DNA of 64,000 bases. Source: an uncultured Alphaproteobacteria bacterium. Lineage in GTDB: Bacteria > Pseudomonadota > Alphaproteobacteria > Rhodobacterales > Rhodobacteraceae. Positions within the stretch are counted from its first letter, which is position 1. Each line of letters opens with the position of its first letter. The notes beneath the pieces are model-generated. The model saw only the letters and a program-made list of their open reading frames with translations, searched no databases and was not told where the DNA came from. Both the position numbers and the translations under genes were made by a program. The DNA lies in contig CACGWW010000006.1 in assembly GCA_902576905.1 (NCBI GenBank), positions 1,093 through 65,092 on the forward strand, in the 5' to 3' direction. Below, one piece after another: positions 1 to 9,415 of this stretch.

Positions 1-1
1 T

Positions 2-1540
2 GAGAAGAGAAATTTTGCTGATCAAATGGGTGGCAAAGAGGCTGTAGAATTACAATATAAAAAAGGCAGACTACCTATAAGAGAAAGGATCAACAGGATA
101 CTAGATAATAAATCTTTCAATGAAATTGGTAAAAGTGCTGGTTTCTCGGAGTATAATGATAATGGATCTCTCAAGAAATTTACTCCCGGAAACTTTATTC
201 TAGGATTTGGGAAAATCAATAAAAGACCAGTGATCATAGGAGGAGAAGATTTTTCTTTAAAAGGTGGATCACCAAATGCTGCCGGTTTAAGGAAAAGTAT
301 ATACACAGAAGAGCTAGCACTAAAATACAAGGTTCCTTTAATTCGACTGCATGAAGGGGCTGGGGGATCCGTTGGTGGCACCAATCAAGAAAAAAGTAAT
401 CGACCTACAAGTGATGCCGTATATACGCCTTCACGATTTATTTCGCTCGCTAACACTTTGGGAGAAGTCCCCGTGGCAACGGCTGCGTTGGGACCAGTCG
501 CCGGGCTGCCCGCATCTCGTCTCGTTGCTTCACACTTTTCAGTAATGACAGAGAGCTCGTTAGTACTTATAGCAGGGCCAAAAGTCGTAAAAAGAGCGTT
601 AAATATAGATGTTACGAAAGAAGCTCTCGGTGGACCTGAGGTACACTTAAAAAGCGGAGTAATAAACAACTTTGCAAAAACAGAAGATGACGCTTTTGAA
701 CAAATAAAAACATTTCTTTCCTTCGTGCCAGATAATGCTTGGATGTTCCCAGACCCTATTTCTACTAACGACAAGGAGGATCGTTGTGATGATTTATTAA
801 TCGATGTAATACCAAAAGATAGACGTAGACCATATAGCGTTAGAAAGATCATCACATCCCTACTAGATATAAATGATGATCAAAGCACCTTTTTCGAGAT
901 AGGTAAAAAATATGGTCCAAGCCTCGTAACGGGCTTAGGTAGACTTAATGGTCAATCAGTTGGTGTTATCGCTAATGACTGCATGTTCTACGCAGGAGCG
1001 ATGACAACCAGTGCCTCAAAGAAATTAGAAAGATTTTCTGATTTTTGTAACAGTTTCCATATTCCGATTATCAGTTTGGTAGATGAACCAGGATTCATGA
1101 TTGGTCCAGAGTCAGAAAAAAGTGGTACAATTAGATTTGGCACTGCTGCAATATCCGCGATAATGCAATCAAGAGTGCCATGGGCGTCTGTGCATATGCA
1201 TAAATCTTTTGGAGTAGCCGCTACTGCACACTATGGGCCTGATAGCTTCACATTGCTTTGGCCCAGTGCCTTAAGTGGTGCTTTACCTGTAGAAGGTGGT
1301 GTTGCCGTTGCATTTTCAAAGGAAATTGCTAAGGCAAAAAATCCTGAAAAAAAACAGAAGGAGCTTGAGGATCAATTAGCTCAAAGACAATCACCAATTC
1401 CAAGAGCAGAAGGTTTTTCTGCCCATGATTTGATAGATCCTAGGGAAACCCGTCCACGACTGATATATTGGTTAGAACTCGCGCTTAAAGCTTACCGATT
1501 GAAAAGCCCAAAACCTTACCTTGTAACAATGAGACCATAA
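2..1540 (+). CDS. Acyl-CoA carboxylase carboxyltransferase (beta) subunit family, 5' end probably truncated by the window edge
   Basis: The 504-aa ORF shows the duplicated carboxyltransferase architecture (GKLP-RERI, GGEDFSLKGGS, second half GVIANDC..AGAMT). The frame is open back to nt 2, and the N-terminal lead before the GRLPIRERI motif is shorter than usual. Confidence 0.85.
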   Translation, partial: EKRNFADQMGGKEAVELQYKKGRLPIRERINRILDNKSFNEIGKSAGFSEYNDNGSLKKFTPGNFILGFGKINKRPVIIGGEDFSLKGGSPNAAGLRKSIYTEELALKYKVPLIRLHEGAGGSVGGTNQEKSNRPTSDAVYTPSRFISLANTLGEVPVATAALGPVAGLPASRLVASHFSVMTESSLVLIAGPKVVKRALNIDVTKEALGGPEVHLKSGVINNFAKTEDDAFEQIKTFLSFVPDNAWMFPDPISTNDKEDRCDDLLIDVIPKDRRRPYSVRKIITSLLDINDDQSTFFEIGKKYGPSLVTGLGRLNGQSVGVIANDCMFYAGAMTTSASKKLERFSDFCNSFHIPIISLVDEPGFMIGPESEKSGTIRFGTAAISAIMQSRVPWASVHMHKSFGVAATAHYGPDSFTLLWPSALSGALPVEGGVAVAFSKEIAKAKNPEKKQKELEDQLAQRQSPIPRAEGFSAHDLIDPRETRPRLIYWLELALKAYRLKSPKPYLVTMRP

Positions 1541-2322
1541 TGAATTTACGAAGCACCCTGCCTGTTAAAGTCGAAAAGATTTTTCGGCATCCAATAAAAT
1601 CGATAAGTCGAGAAGAAATTACACAGATTAATTTAGAAAGAAGAAAAGCTCTTCCGTTAGACAGAATGTGGGCATTGGTGCATGAAAAAAGTTCTTTTGA
1701 CGAATTATCAAATGAGTGGCAACCGTGTACTAAGTTTCTCAGAGGCTCAATTATGCCTACGCTATCAGCCGTCGAGTCAATAAGGACTGATGATCAAAAA
1801 TATACTTTTAAACATCCTGAGCTAAAACCTATATCACTAGACCTTAGTGATCATACTGACAGAGGATCTTTCGTGAACTGGTTGCTCCCTATTTGTTCTG
1901 ATAAATTTCCGAAACCTACTAAATTAGTGTGCGTAGCCGATACAGCTCTCACAGACACTCCTTTCCAGTCAATTTCTATCAACTCGTTGGACTCTCTAGA
2001 AGACCTCTCTAAAAAAGCAGGGATTAGCTTGGAACCTGAAAGGTTTAGAGGAAATATATGGATACGAACCGGGAAGCCATGGACTGAATTTGATTGGGTT
2101 GGTAAATTAATTAAAATTGATAAAGTAGAGTTAAAGGTCGTTGATAGAATTGAGCGATGTAACGCTACAAAAACTAATACTAAGACAGGCCAACATAATT
2201 GTGATACCATAGGTATACTTAATGAACGTTTTGGCCACCAGGATTTTGGCGTTTACTGTAGTGTGAGAACACCCGGGACTATAAGAATAAATAGTGTGCT
2301 TTCACTTAATAAAATGGAATGA
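1540..2322 (+). CDS. MOSC domain-containing protein
   Basis: 260 aa with MOSC-like motifs (RFRGNIWI, ERCNATKTN). Its start overlaps the upstream stop as TAATG. Confidence 0.7.
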   Translation: MNLRSTLPVKVEKIFRHPIKSISREEITQINLERRKALPLDRMWALVHEKSSFDELSNEWQPCTKFLRGSIMPTLSAVESIRTDDQKYTFKHPELKPISLDLSDHTDRGSFVNWLLPICSDKFPKPTKLVCVADTALTDTPFQSISINSLDSLEDLSKKAGISLEPERFRGNIWIRTGKPWTEFDWVGKLIKIDKVELKVVDRIERCNATKTNTKTGQHNCDTIGILNERFGHQDFGVYCSVRTPGTIRINSVLSLNKME

Positions 2323-2326
2323 TAAT

Positions 2327-3985
2327 ATGAACCATCTTAGACCAATTAAACAATTACCTACCCATGAAGTTGAAAACATGCCGCCATATATGGGCAATCA
2401 AGATTTATGGAAAAATGATAAAAATCTTAGAGAAGCTGTTAATAGAGAAGGCGCTGGTTGGGCAGAGAAAAATTTAAGTGCGTTTGGACATTTGATGGGC
2501 TGCACTGAAATGTTTGATCATGCTGAGAAGGCAAATAAAAATCCGCCAGAATTAAAAGCATTCGATCAATATGGCAATAGAATTAACTACGTTGATTATC
2601 ATCCTTCTTACCATCACCTCTTGGGAGTAGCTATAAAGAATGAAATTCCAAGCTTTGCATGGAAACATAACAAAGAGGGGTCGCAAGTTGCGCATATGGC
2701 ACTCACTTACATGTTTAATCAAGTAGAGGGCGGTGTTATGTGTCCGATGGCGATGACATATTCTGTTATACCAGCACTTAAGCATAATCAACAATTAGAG
2801 GATCAATGGTTACCAAAGGTACTATCAAATCAATATGATGATAGAGATATACCCATCGATCAAAAAGTTGGTGCAACAATAGGTATGTTTATGACCGAGA
2901 AGCAGGGGGGATCGGATGTAAGAGCCAACTCAACGAGAGCAAAGCCGGTGTCCTCTAATGTTGGTAATGGGTCAGATTATCTTCTTACTGGTCATAAGTA
3001 TTTTTGCTCGGCCCCTATGTGCGATGCCTTTCTTGTGCTAGCCAACACTGATGTCGGGTTATCATGTTTTCTTGTGCCGAGATGGATGCCAAATGGGGAA
3101 CGAAATAGTTTTTTCATCCAGAGACTAAAAGACAAGCTTGGTAACAAGTCGAATGCATCCTCTGAAATTGAGCTCGATGATACATTTGGTACAATGATTG
3201 GAGAAGAGGGGAAGGGAATTAAGACAATTCTAGATATGGTTATAGGAAATAGAATATACTGTGCTGTCAGCTCCGCGTCTTTAATGCGTCAGGCGATTGT
3301 TCAGGTCCAACATCATGTTTCTCACAGGTCAGCATTTCAAAGAAGACTGATCGATCAACCTTTAATGAGAAACGTTATCGCCGATATGGTTTTAGAAAGT
3401 GAGGCTGCTTTGAATTTGTCACTCAGAGTAGCAAGAGCCGTTGACAATCAAAATTCCAATGAGGATGAACGGTCGTTCGCTCGTATAAGTACCGCTATAA
3501 GTAAATACTGGATAACTAAGAGAGCACCTTATTTAGTATTCGAAGCTTTAGAATGTCATGGTGGTCCTGGTTATATAGAGGAATCTATTATGCCCAGGCT
3601 TTACAGGGAGGCTCCTCTTAATAGTATCTGGGAAGGAAGCGGTAACGTAATGTGTTTAGATGTTTTGAGAGCTCTACAAAGAGATAAAAATGCACTACCT
3701 GCGTTATTTAGAGAACTCTCCTCAGCAAAAGGATCAAATAAAAATTTTGATGAGAGCTTTAGTCGCTTGAAAGAAACTTTGCAAGATCCAATAGATTTAG
3801 AAGTTGAGGCTAGGCTACTGACGGAAAAAATGGCCTGTCTTCTTCAGGCATCAATATTTATAAAAAGTGGCGAAGAGGAAAAAGTTTCGGCTTTTTGTAA
3901 TAGTAGACTTGGGCCACAATGGAGTGGAGCTTTTGGGACGTTGCCTACTGATACAAGTTTTGAATATATAATAGGCGGCTTATAA
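2327..3985 (+). CDS. AidB-like acyl-CoA dehydrogenase family protein
   Basis: About 552 aa from the ATG at 2327. It has the long N-terminal extension plus ACAD core typical of AidB-type enzymes (MTEKQGGSDV, GHKYFCSAP, ECHGGPGYIEE). Confidence 0.8.
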   Translation: MNHLRPIKQLPTHEVENMPPYMGNQDLWKNDKNLREAVNREGAGWAEKNLSAFGHLMGCTEMFDHAEKANKNPPELKAFDQYGNRINYVDYHPSYHHLLGVAIKNEIPSFAWKHNKEGSQVAHMALTYMFNQVEGGVMCPMAMTYSVIPALKHNQQLEDQWLPKVLSNQYDDRDIPIDQKVGATIGMFMTEKQGGSDVRANSTRAKPVSSNVGNGSDYLLTGHKYFCSAPMCDAFLVLANTDVGLSCFLVPRWMPNGERNSFFIQRLKDKLGNKSNASSEIELDDTFGTMIGEEGKGIKTILDMVIGNRIYCAVSSASLMRQAIVQVQHHVSHRSAFQRRLIDQPLMRNVIADMVLESEAALNLSLRVARAVDNQNSNEDERSFARISTAISKYWITKRAPYLVFEALECHGGPGYIEESIMPRLYREAPLNSIWEGSGNVMCLDVLRALQRDKNALPALFRELSSAKGSNKNFDESFSRLKETLQDPIDLEVEARLLTEKMACLLQASIFIKSGEEEKVSAFCNSRLGPQWSGAFGTLPTDTSFEYIIGGL

Positions 3986-4053
3986 ATAGGATTAACTTTA
4001 GAACTGCTGTTTCATTAAATTTTATAGAAAACAAATGTTCCCTCTATACCAGG

Positions 4054-4830
4054 CTATAGATCCAAAATGGCCGCTGCACGAATGAACCCGGCGGAAGCTT
4101 TCTTTATTTTAAAGGGAAAGCAAGATATCGTATATCCATAGTCTGGTAATTTCTCCAGAGAGCTCAACTTCTCCATATGGCAATAAGCCTTTTCCATACC
4201 TGCTCTATGACCTTCCCATATGATTGAAGAATCCTTTGTTTGTCTATATTTTTCCGCAGTATGAGCAAAGGGTGCATCCCAGCTCCAAGCATCAGTCCCA
4301 GTAATTTTTACCCCTTTTTCCAATAAAAACATTGTGGCGTCTTTTCCTATACCACAGCCCTTAAGGAGATAGTCGTCAGCACCGTAGTGTTTGCCAGCTG
4401 ATGTATTAACCAGAACAATGTCAAATGGCTTAATTTCATAGTTAATTCTTTTAAGCTCGGCTTTTATATCATTAGGTGTAACAACATAACCATCTTCCAT
4501 ATGTCGAAAGTCAAATTTAACACCAGGGTTAAAACACCATTCAAGTGGAACCTGATCAATAGTGATCGCTTTTTTACCCCGATCCATAGTCGAATGAAAA
4601 TGATAGGGAGCATCAAGGTGGGTGCCATTATGAGTACTTATATTTAATTGCTCAACGGCCCACCCTTCTCCTCCGGGCAAGTCATCTTTCTGAAGCCCTG
4701 GAAAGAAAGAACAAACGTGTTCAGCAGAATCTTGGTGAGAAATGTAATCAATCTTTGGGAGAGCAGCAGGGGGATCAGAGTTTATGCCTATTTCTAAGGA
4801 TACCGATAGATCAATAATCTTTTTTCTCAT
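4054..4830 (-). CDS. Putative cyclase / kynurenine formamidase-like hydrolase
   Basis: Carries the HxGTHxDAPxH motif (STHNGTHLDAPYHF). The first ATG is at 4830; an alternative GTG lies at 4839. Confidence 0.75.
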   Translation of the reverse strand: MRKKIIDLSVSLEIGINSDPPAALPKIDYISHQDSAEHVCSFFPGLQKDDLPGGEGWAVEQLNISTHNGTHLDAPYHFHSTMDRGKKAITIDQVPLEWCFNPGVKFDFRHMEDGYVVTPNDIKAELKRINYEIKPFDIVLVNTSAGKHYGADDYLLKGCGIGKDATMFLLEKGVKITGTDAWSWDAPFAHTAEKYRQTKDSSIIWEGHRAGMEKAYCHMEKLSSLEKLPDYGYTISCFPFKIKKASAGFIRAAAILDL

Positions 4831-4945
4831 GACATGCACACAAATTTCTCAAGCTAAAAAACATTGTAGTATCCTCCTATCTTTTTACCTAAATTAATAC
4901 TAATTATATTAATAACTCCTTTCTTTTGAGAAGTTGAATAAAAAT

Positions 4946-6001
4946 ATGACTATAAAGCGTGTAAAGTTTTCGGATATTCAAATACATGATTTCGATGATG
5001 TCATTGATGTTCGTTCGCCATTAGAGTTTGAAGACGACCGGATACCGGGGTCTATTAATCTTCCAGTCCTTTCTAATGCGGAACGGGAAATGATCGGCAC
5101 GATGTATAAACAGAAAAGTAAATTTGAAGCAAAGAAGTTAGGCGCATCTATAGTTTCTAAAAATATTTCAGGTCATTTAAAAGATTATCTCTACAACAAA
5201 AATAGAGATTGGCTTCCTTTGATATACTGTTGGCGAGGTGGACAGCGATCTTATGCCTTGGCCACTATACTGGACCAAATAGGTTGGAAAGTAGAAGTGG
5301 TAGATGGAGGCTATAAATCATTTCGAAAACATATAAGTGAATTCCTAAATAGAAATATAGACAGGTACTATCTAATACTCCTCACAGGAAATACGGGCAC
5401 AGCGAAAACAAAAGTACTTAATTTGATAGAAAAAAGAAATGGGCAAACTATCGATTTGGAAAGCCTGGCAAATCACAAAGGATCTGTATTTGGATCACAA
5501 GGTCAGAAACAACCGTCTCAAAAGCTATTTGAAACGCTACTCTACGATAAACTGGTAAATCTCAAACCTAATGAGCCAATATTTGTGGAGGCAGAATCCA
5601 ATAAAATTGGAAACTTGCATATACCTAAGGAATTTTGGAAGTTGATGAAAAGTGCTCCACAAATTGAATTATCAGCTACTGTTGAAAAAAGGGCGAAATT
5701 TTTAGTTGAAGAATACTCCGAAATAACAACCGATCTAGATTTATTAGAAAAACAAATTACGAGCCTTTCGACCATAGCTGGGCATAAAGTTGTAGAAAGC
5801 TGGTTGCTAATGGCAAAAAATAAAGACTTTTATGAACTTGTAAAACAACTTATGGAAAAACATTATGACCCTAGGTACAAACGAAGCCTGTTAAGAAAGA
5901 AGAAAGAAGTATTTGCCAATTTAAAAATAGAGGATATGTCCCAAAAAGGGTTAAGTTCAATGGTTGATAGAATATTACAAACGGCAAAAAAAATAGAGTG
6001 A
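4946..6001 (+). CDS. selU: tRNA 2-selenouridine synthase (rhodanese + P-loop)
   Basis: N-terminal rhodanese region (DVRSPLEFEDDRIPGSINLP, CWRGGQRS) followed by the P-loop GNTGTAKT. The length matches SelU/MnmH. An alternative TTG start lies at 4934. Confidence 0.85.
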   Translation: MTIKRVKFSDIQIHDFDDVIDVRSPLEFEDDRIPGSINLPVLSNAEREMIGTMYKQKSKFEAKKLGASIVSKNISGHLKDYLYNKNRDWLPLIYCWRGGQRSYALATILDQIGWKVEVVDGGYKSFRKHISEFLNRNIDRYYLILLTGNTGTAKTKVLNLIEKRNGQTIDLESLANHKGSVFGSQGQKQPSQKLFETLLYDKLVNLKPNEPIFVEAESNKIGNLHIPKEFWKLMKSAPQIELSATVEKRAKFLVEEYSEITTDLDLLEKQITSLSTIAGHKVVESWLLMAKNKDFYELVKQLMEKHYDPRYKRSLLRKKKEVFANLKIEDMSQKGLSSMVDRILQTAKKIE

Positions 6002-6006
6002 ATTCT

Positions 6007-8169
6007 CTATAATACTTCTATATGGGGTTTGCCATTTGTAAGTTCTCCTATAACTTTGCAATGAAAACCAAAATCTACTCCAGCAGCAATAACGCCCTTT
6101 ACTTTGTCTTTGGGGACAGTAGCTAGTAGTGGACCAGATGTTTGGGGATCAAAAAGGATATCTGTATTTGCTGTCGTTTTGATAAACATTTTCTCAACAT
6201 ACATATAATTATTCTCAAAAATCGAAGACCTAATACCTTTGGCTATAAGATTATTGGCACCAGGGTATACTGGTATCTGATCCAAATATAGTTTTGCTCC
6301 GACGTTAGACTTTGAAACTATGTTTAGAAGGTGGCCACTTAAGCCAAATCCAGTGACGTCCGTCATCGAGTTTGCAACTTTCCTCAACACATTTGCAATA
6401 GAACTTTGTGACTTAGACATTGTATCAAAAAGATTTTTTAGATCCTGCCCTTCACCTTCAAAACGCATTTCCCCTGCCAATAGAACCCCAGAGCCTAATG
6501 GTTTTGTTAATATTATTTGATCACCTACGCTTGCCTTATCGACAGTCTTAGGTTGGTTTTTGGAAAAACCTCCCAACGTGAACCCGATCACTAGCTCTTT
6601 TCCTAAAGAGGTATGACCGCCCACTATCTTCACTCCATCAGCACCAAAAACACTATTTGCCCCATCTATAATTTCTTCGATTGTTCGCTTTTGTATGTCA
6701 TTGGAGGACTCTGGAATAATAATATTTGTGAGAGCGATTTCAGGATCGGATCCCATTGCCCAAATATCTCCCAAAGCGTGAATCGCCGTTATTTTACTTT
6801 GAAGCCATGCATCCTTTGTAAATGACCTCAGATGATCGGTCGTCAAAGCTTGAAACAAGGAATTAAATTTTATAATTGCTGCGTCATCTCCTATTTTACT
6901 AACAATATGTTTTGAGCTAGGATCTGATAACTTTTTTAACGAAGACTCCAAAATAACATTGCCGACTTTCGAGCCACAGCCACCACAAAGCATTTTTTGG
7001 TTATTGCTTCGAGCGTTTTCCATATCTTTAGTGACCATCTCACTAAGTTTTTTAAAATTCTTGATAAATTTTTTATCGATAAAACTTTTTAATGCCCAAA
7101 CCCATTTTGCTGAAAAGGCAATCCCATTTCTAAGGAAAATCGCGGATTCACCTTCATATACAATGAGCTTTAAATAATCACTTTGAGGTTTAAATCGAAT
7201 TAGCTGTTTGTTCTTAAAAAGCTTAAGGATATTTTTATAAAGAATTGGTGCTTGCCTAACTGCATAAACTCCTGACTTATCTACCGCTTTAGAAGGGAAA
7301 TGTGCACAATCACCAACTGCAAACGCATTTTGAAAACCTATAACTCTTAGCGTTTCGTCGACACAAACATATCCATCTTTATTTTCAATTTTTGAATTTT
7401 TAAACAAATCATTTGGTTGAGGTCCTATACAAGAAATAATAAAATCTGCATGAAAAAAGTTGCCGTTTTTTTGTACTAACCCATTATTTGAAACTTCTTT
7501 TATTGTAGTGTTTTCAATTATTTCAATTTTTCGTAGTTTGGCTTTGGTTTTCAAATATCTTTGCTGATTTAAACTCAGTTTTTCAAAAGCTTTACCACTT
7601 TCAAAAATTTTAATCTTAAAATCTTCTAATTCAGTCTTTTTCAATCGAATATCCATTGCGAAACTCAACTCAATTGATGCTAGACCTCCCCCTATGACAC
7701 AAATAACCGGAGACGTTTTTTCATTAATGGACTCCAAAAAGTTTTCCCAACGCTCTTGAAATGCAGCTAAAGGCCGAATACTGCATCCAAATTTTTTAAA
7801 CCCATTAATCAAAGGTACGGAGTTAGATCCTATATTTATGGATAGGAAATCAAAGTATACAATCCTCCCTGTCTTACACATAATTTGACTTTTTTTCTTA
7901 TCAATTTTTTTAACAGTATCGATAATTAATCTTGTTTCTGTAGCTCTACACAAACTGAATAAATTTATTTGAGCATCTGATTTAGCACATAAACCAGCTA
8001 CTAGAGCAGGTAACATACCGGTATAAGAGGAAATAGGATCTGGATTTATAAGAGTCACTCGAAGAGAAGGATTACTATTCATTGCCCACATTTTCAAAAA
8101 AAGACAATTTGTATGCCCCGCTCCAATGAGAACCAAGTCTCTTTCAAAAAAACTTTCCTCACTATTCAT
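6007..8169 (-). CDS. selD: Fusion protein: FAD-dependent pyridine-nucleotide-disulfide oxidoreductase (N-terminal, ~7030-8169) + selenide,water dikinase SelD (C-terminal, ~6007-7030)
   Basis: A continuous 720-aa ORF. It has two dinucleotide-binding motifs (LIGAGHTN, VIGGGLASIE). The SelD N-terminal loop MLCGGCGSKVG (6961-6993) conserves the catalytic Cys and Lys, and AIR-synthase-like SelD motifs follow (DDAAI, GGHT, TDVTGFGL). Confidence 0.85.
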   Translation of the reverse strand: MNSEESFFERDLVLIGAGHTNCLFLKMWAMNSNPSLRVTLINPDPISSYTGMLPALVAGLCAKSDAQINLFSLCRATETRLIIDTVKKIDKKKSQIMCKTGRIVYFDFLSINIGSNSVPLINGFKKFGCSIRPLAAFQERWENFLESINEKTSPVICVIGGGLASIELSFAMDIRLKKTELEDFKIKIFESGKAFEKLSLNQQRYLKTKAKLRKIEIIENTTIKEVSNNGLVQKNGNFFHADFIISCIGPQPNDLFKNSKIENKDGYVCVDETLRVIGFQNAFAVGDCAHFPSKAVDKSGVYAVRQAPILYKNILKLFKNKQLIRFKPQSDYLKLIVYEGESAIFLRNGIAFSAKWVWALKSFIDKKFIKNFKKLSEMVTKDMENARSNNQKMLCGGCGSKVGNVILESSLKKLSDPSSKHIVSKIGDDAAIIKFNSLFQALTTDHLRSFTKDAWLQSKITAIHALGDIWAMGSDPEIALTNIIIPESSNDIQKRTIEEIIDGANSVFGADGVKIVGGHTSLGKELVIGFTLGGFSKNQPKTVDKASVGDQIILTKPLGSGVLLAGEMRFEGEGQDLKNLFDTMSKSQSSIANVLRKVANSMTDVTGFGLSGHLLNIVSKSNVGAKLYLDQIPVYPGANNLIAKGIRSSIFENNYMYVEKMFIKTTANTDILFDPQTSGPLLATVPKDKVKGVIAAGVDFGFHCKVIGELTNGKPHIEVL

Positions 8170-8245
8170 TTATGGTTATCCTTTTGTTTGCAAATTCTTT
8201 AGGCATAAAAAAATCTATTTTCAATCATAGGGACTATAAAAAGAA

Positions 8246-9415
8246 ATGTCATTTTTAACAACAAATTCACAGTTTAGATTGGCACTGGTAGGAATTTGTG
8301 TTGTGGCGATTACTGGTGGCTTAGGCAGGTTTGCCTACACTCCTATAATTCCCTACATGCAGAATACTCTTAATATTTCTTCTGCAGATATTGGCTTGAT
8401 AGCTTCTTCTAACTATTTGGGATATCTAATCGGTTCGATTATTCCCCTTATTTATTCTTTTGCAAACAAACAAAGGCTTACACTTTATATATCGGTTGTA
8501 GTGTCCATTGTGACACTTGGCCTTATGGGTTCAACTAGTGATTTTTACTTATTTATTTTATTAAGATTCCTTCAGGGAATTTCAGGTGCAATTGGGTTAG
8601 TTATTGCGACAAATCTAATTTTTTCTCAGATTACAGTTACCGGTCGCATAGATCTTCGTTTAGCTCATATATCGGGTTTTGGTGTTGGAATGTTTTTAAG
8701 TGCCATAGCTGTATGGATCTGCTCTATGTTTGACTTGCAATGGCACTACCAATGGTTTGTGATTGCGTTAATTTGCTTGGTTTTAACGATACCAATCATT
8801 TCAAGTCCACTAGAAGTAGGTTCAGAATCAAGCATTAATCAGACCTCTCAGTCGAATAAACTCTCTTTAGGCTTCGTCGGTATCTCCGTAGGTTACTTTT
8901 TTTTTGGGTTTGGCTATATTATTTTTGGCACCTTTATCGCAGCTTTGGCGGTCAACACCCCCGAATTAAAGAACATTCAGCATGCAAGTTGGATCTTAGT
9001 TGGGATATCTGCTATGCCAGCTATTTTCATATGGCAAGCTATCAGTAAACTTACTGGTAATCATATATCTCTAGCCTTATCCTGCTTCACCTGCTCTATA
9101 GGGATACTTACCTTGTACTTTTTTGATGGAATTGGAGCTTCATTATTTGCCTGCTTAGCTTATGGAATTGGGGTAGTCGGAATCGTAGGTTTAGTGTTAA
9201 TGGAAGGAAAGATACGGCATGCTGGCTCAATAAAATTTGCCGTGGCTTTTTTAACTACCACCTTTAGCATTGGCCAGATTATTGGACCATACATTTCAGG
9301 TTTAATGATCGACTTTTTTGGAGACTACAAAAACGCCATGCTTTTATCTGGTTGCTCGCTTTTCATGGCAGGAATATGCATGATCAATTATAAACTTTTA
9401 TTTTCTCGCCTCTAA
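8246..9415 (+). CDS. MFS transporter (YbfB/YjiJ-like)
   Basis: 389 aa with about 12 hydrophobic segments and an MFS-like loop composition. Confidence 0.7.
   Translation: MSFLTTNSQFRLALVGICVVAITGGLGRFAYTPIIPYMQNTLNISSADIGLIASSNYLGYLIGSIIPLIYSFANKQRLTLYISVVVSIVTLGLMGSTSDFYLFILLRFLQGISGAIGLVIATNLIFSQITVTGRIDLRLAHISGFGVGMFLSAIAVWICSMFDLQWHYQWFVIALICLVLTIPIISSPLEVGSESSINQTSQSNKLSLGFVGISVGYFFFGFGYIIFGTFIAALAVNTPELKNIQHASWILVGISAMPAIFIWQAISKLTGNHISLALSCFTCSIGILTLYFFDGIGASLFACLAYGIGVVGIVGLVLMEGKIRHAGSIKFAVAFLTTTFSIGQIIGPYISGLMIDFFGDYKNAMLLSGCSLFMAGICMINYKLLFSRL

Noticed and set aside
385-855. Long antisense ORFs inside well-supported genes. Examples are 385-855 (-), 25349-25729 (+), 38519-38935 (+), 39971-40288 (+), 42953-43390 (-) and 49516-49848 (+).
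   Set aside because: Each lies fully within, and opposite to, a gene with clear family motifs. Their translations are low-complexity with no recognisable domains. Such shadow ORFs are expected by chance opposite genuine coding regions.
6991-6993. The possibility that SelD is a separate gene starting at the internal ATG just before the CGGCGSK loop.
   Set aside because: There is no stop codon between the oxidoreductase domain and the SelD domain, and no Shine-Dalgarno before the internal ATG. A single 720-aa fusion ORF is the simplest reading, although internal initiation cannot be excluded.
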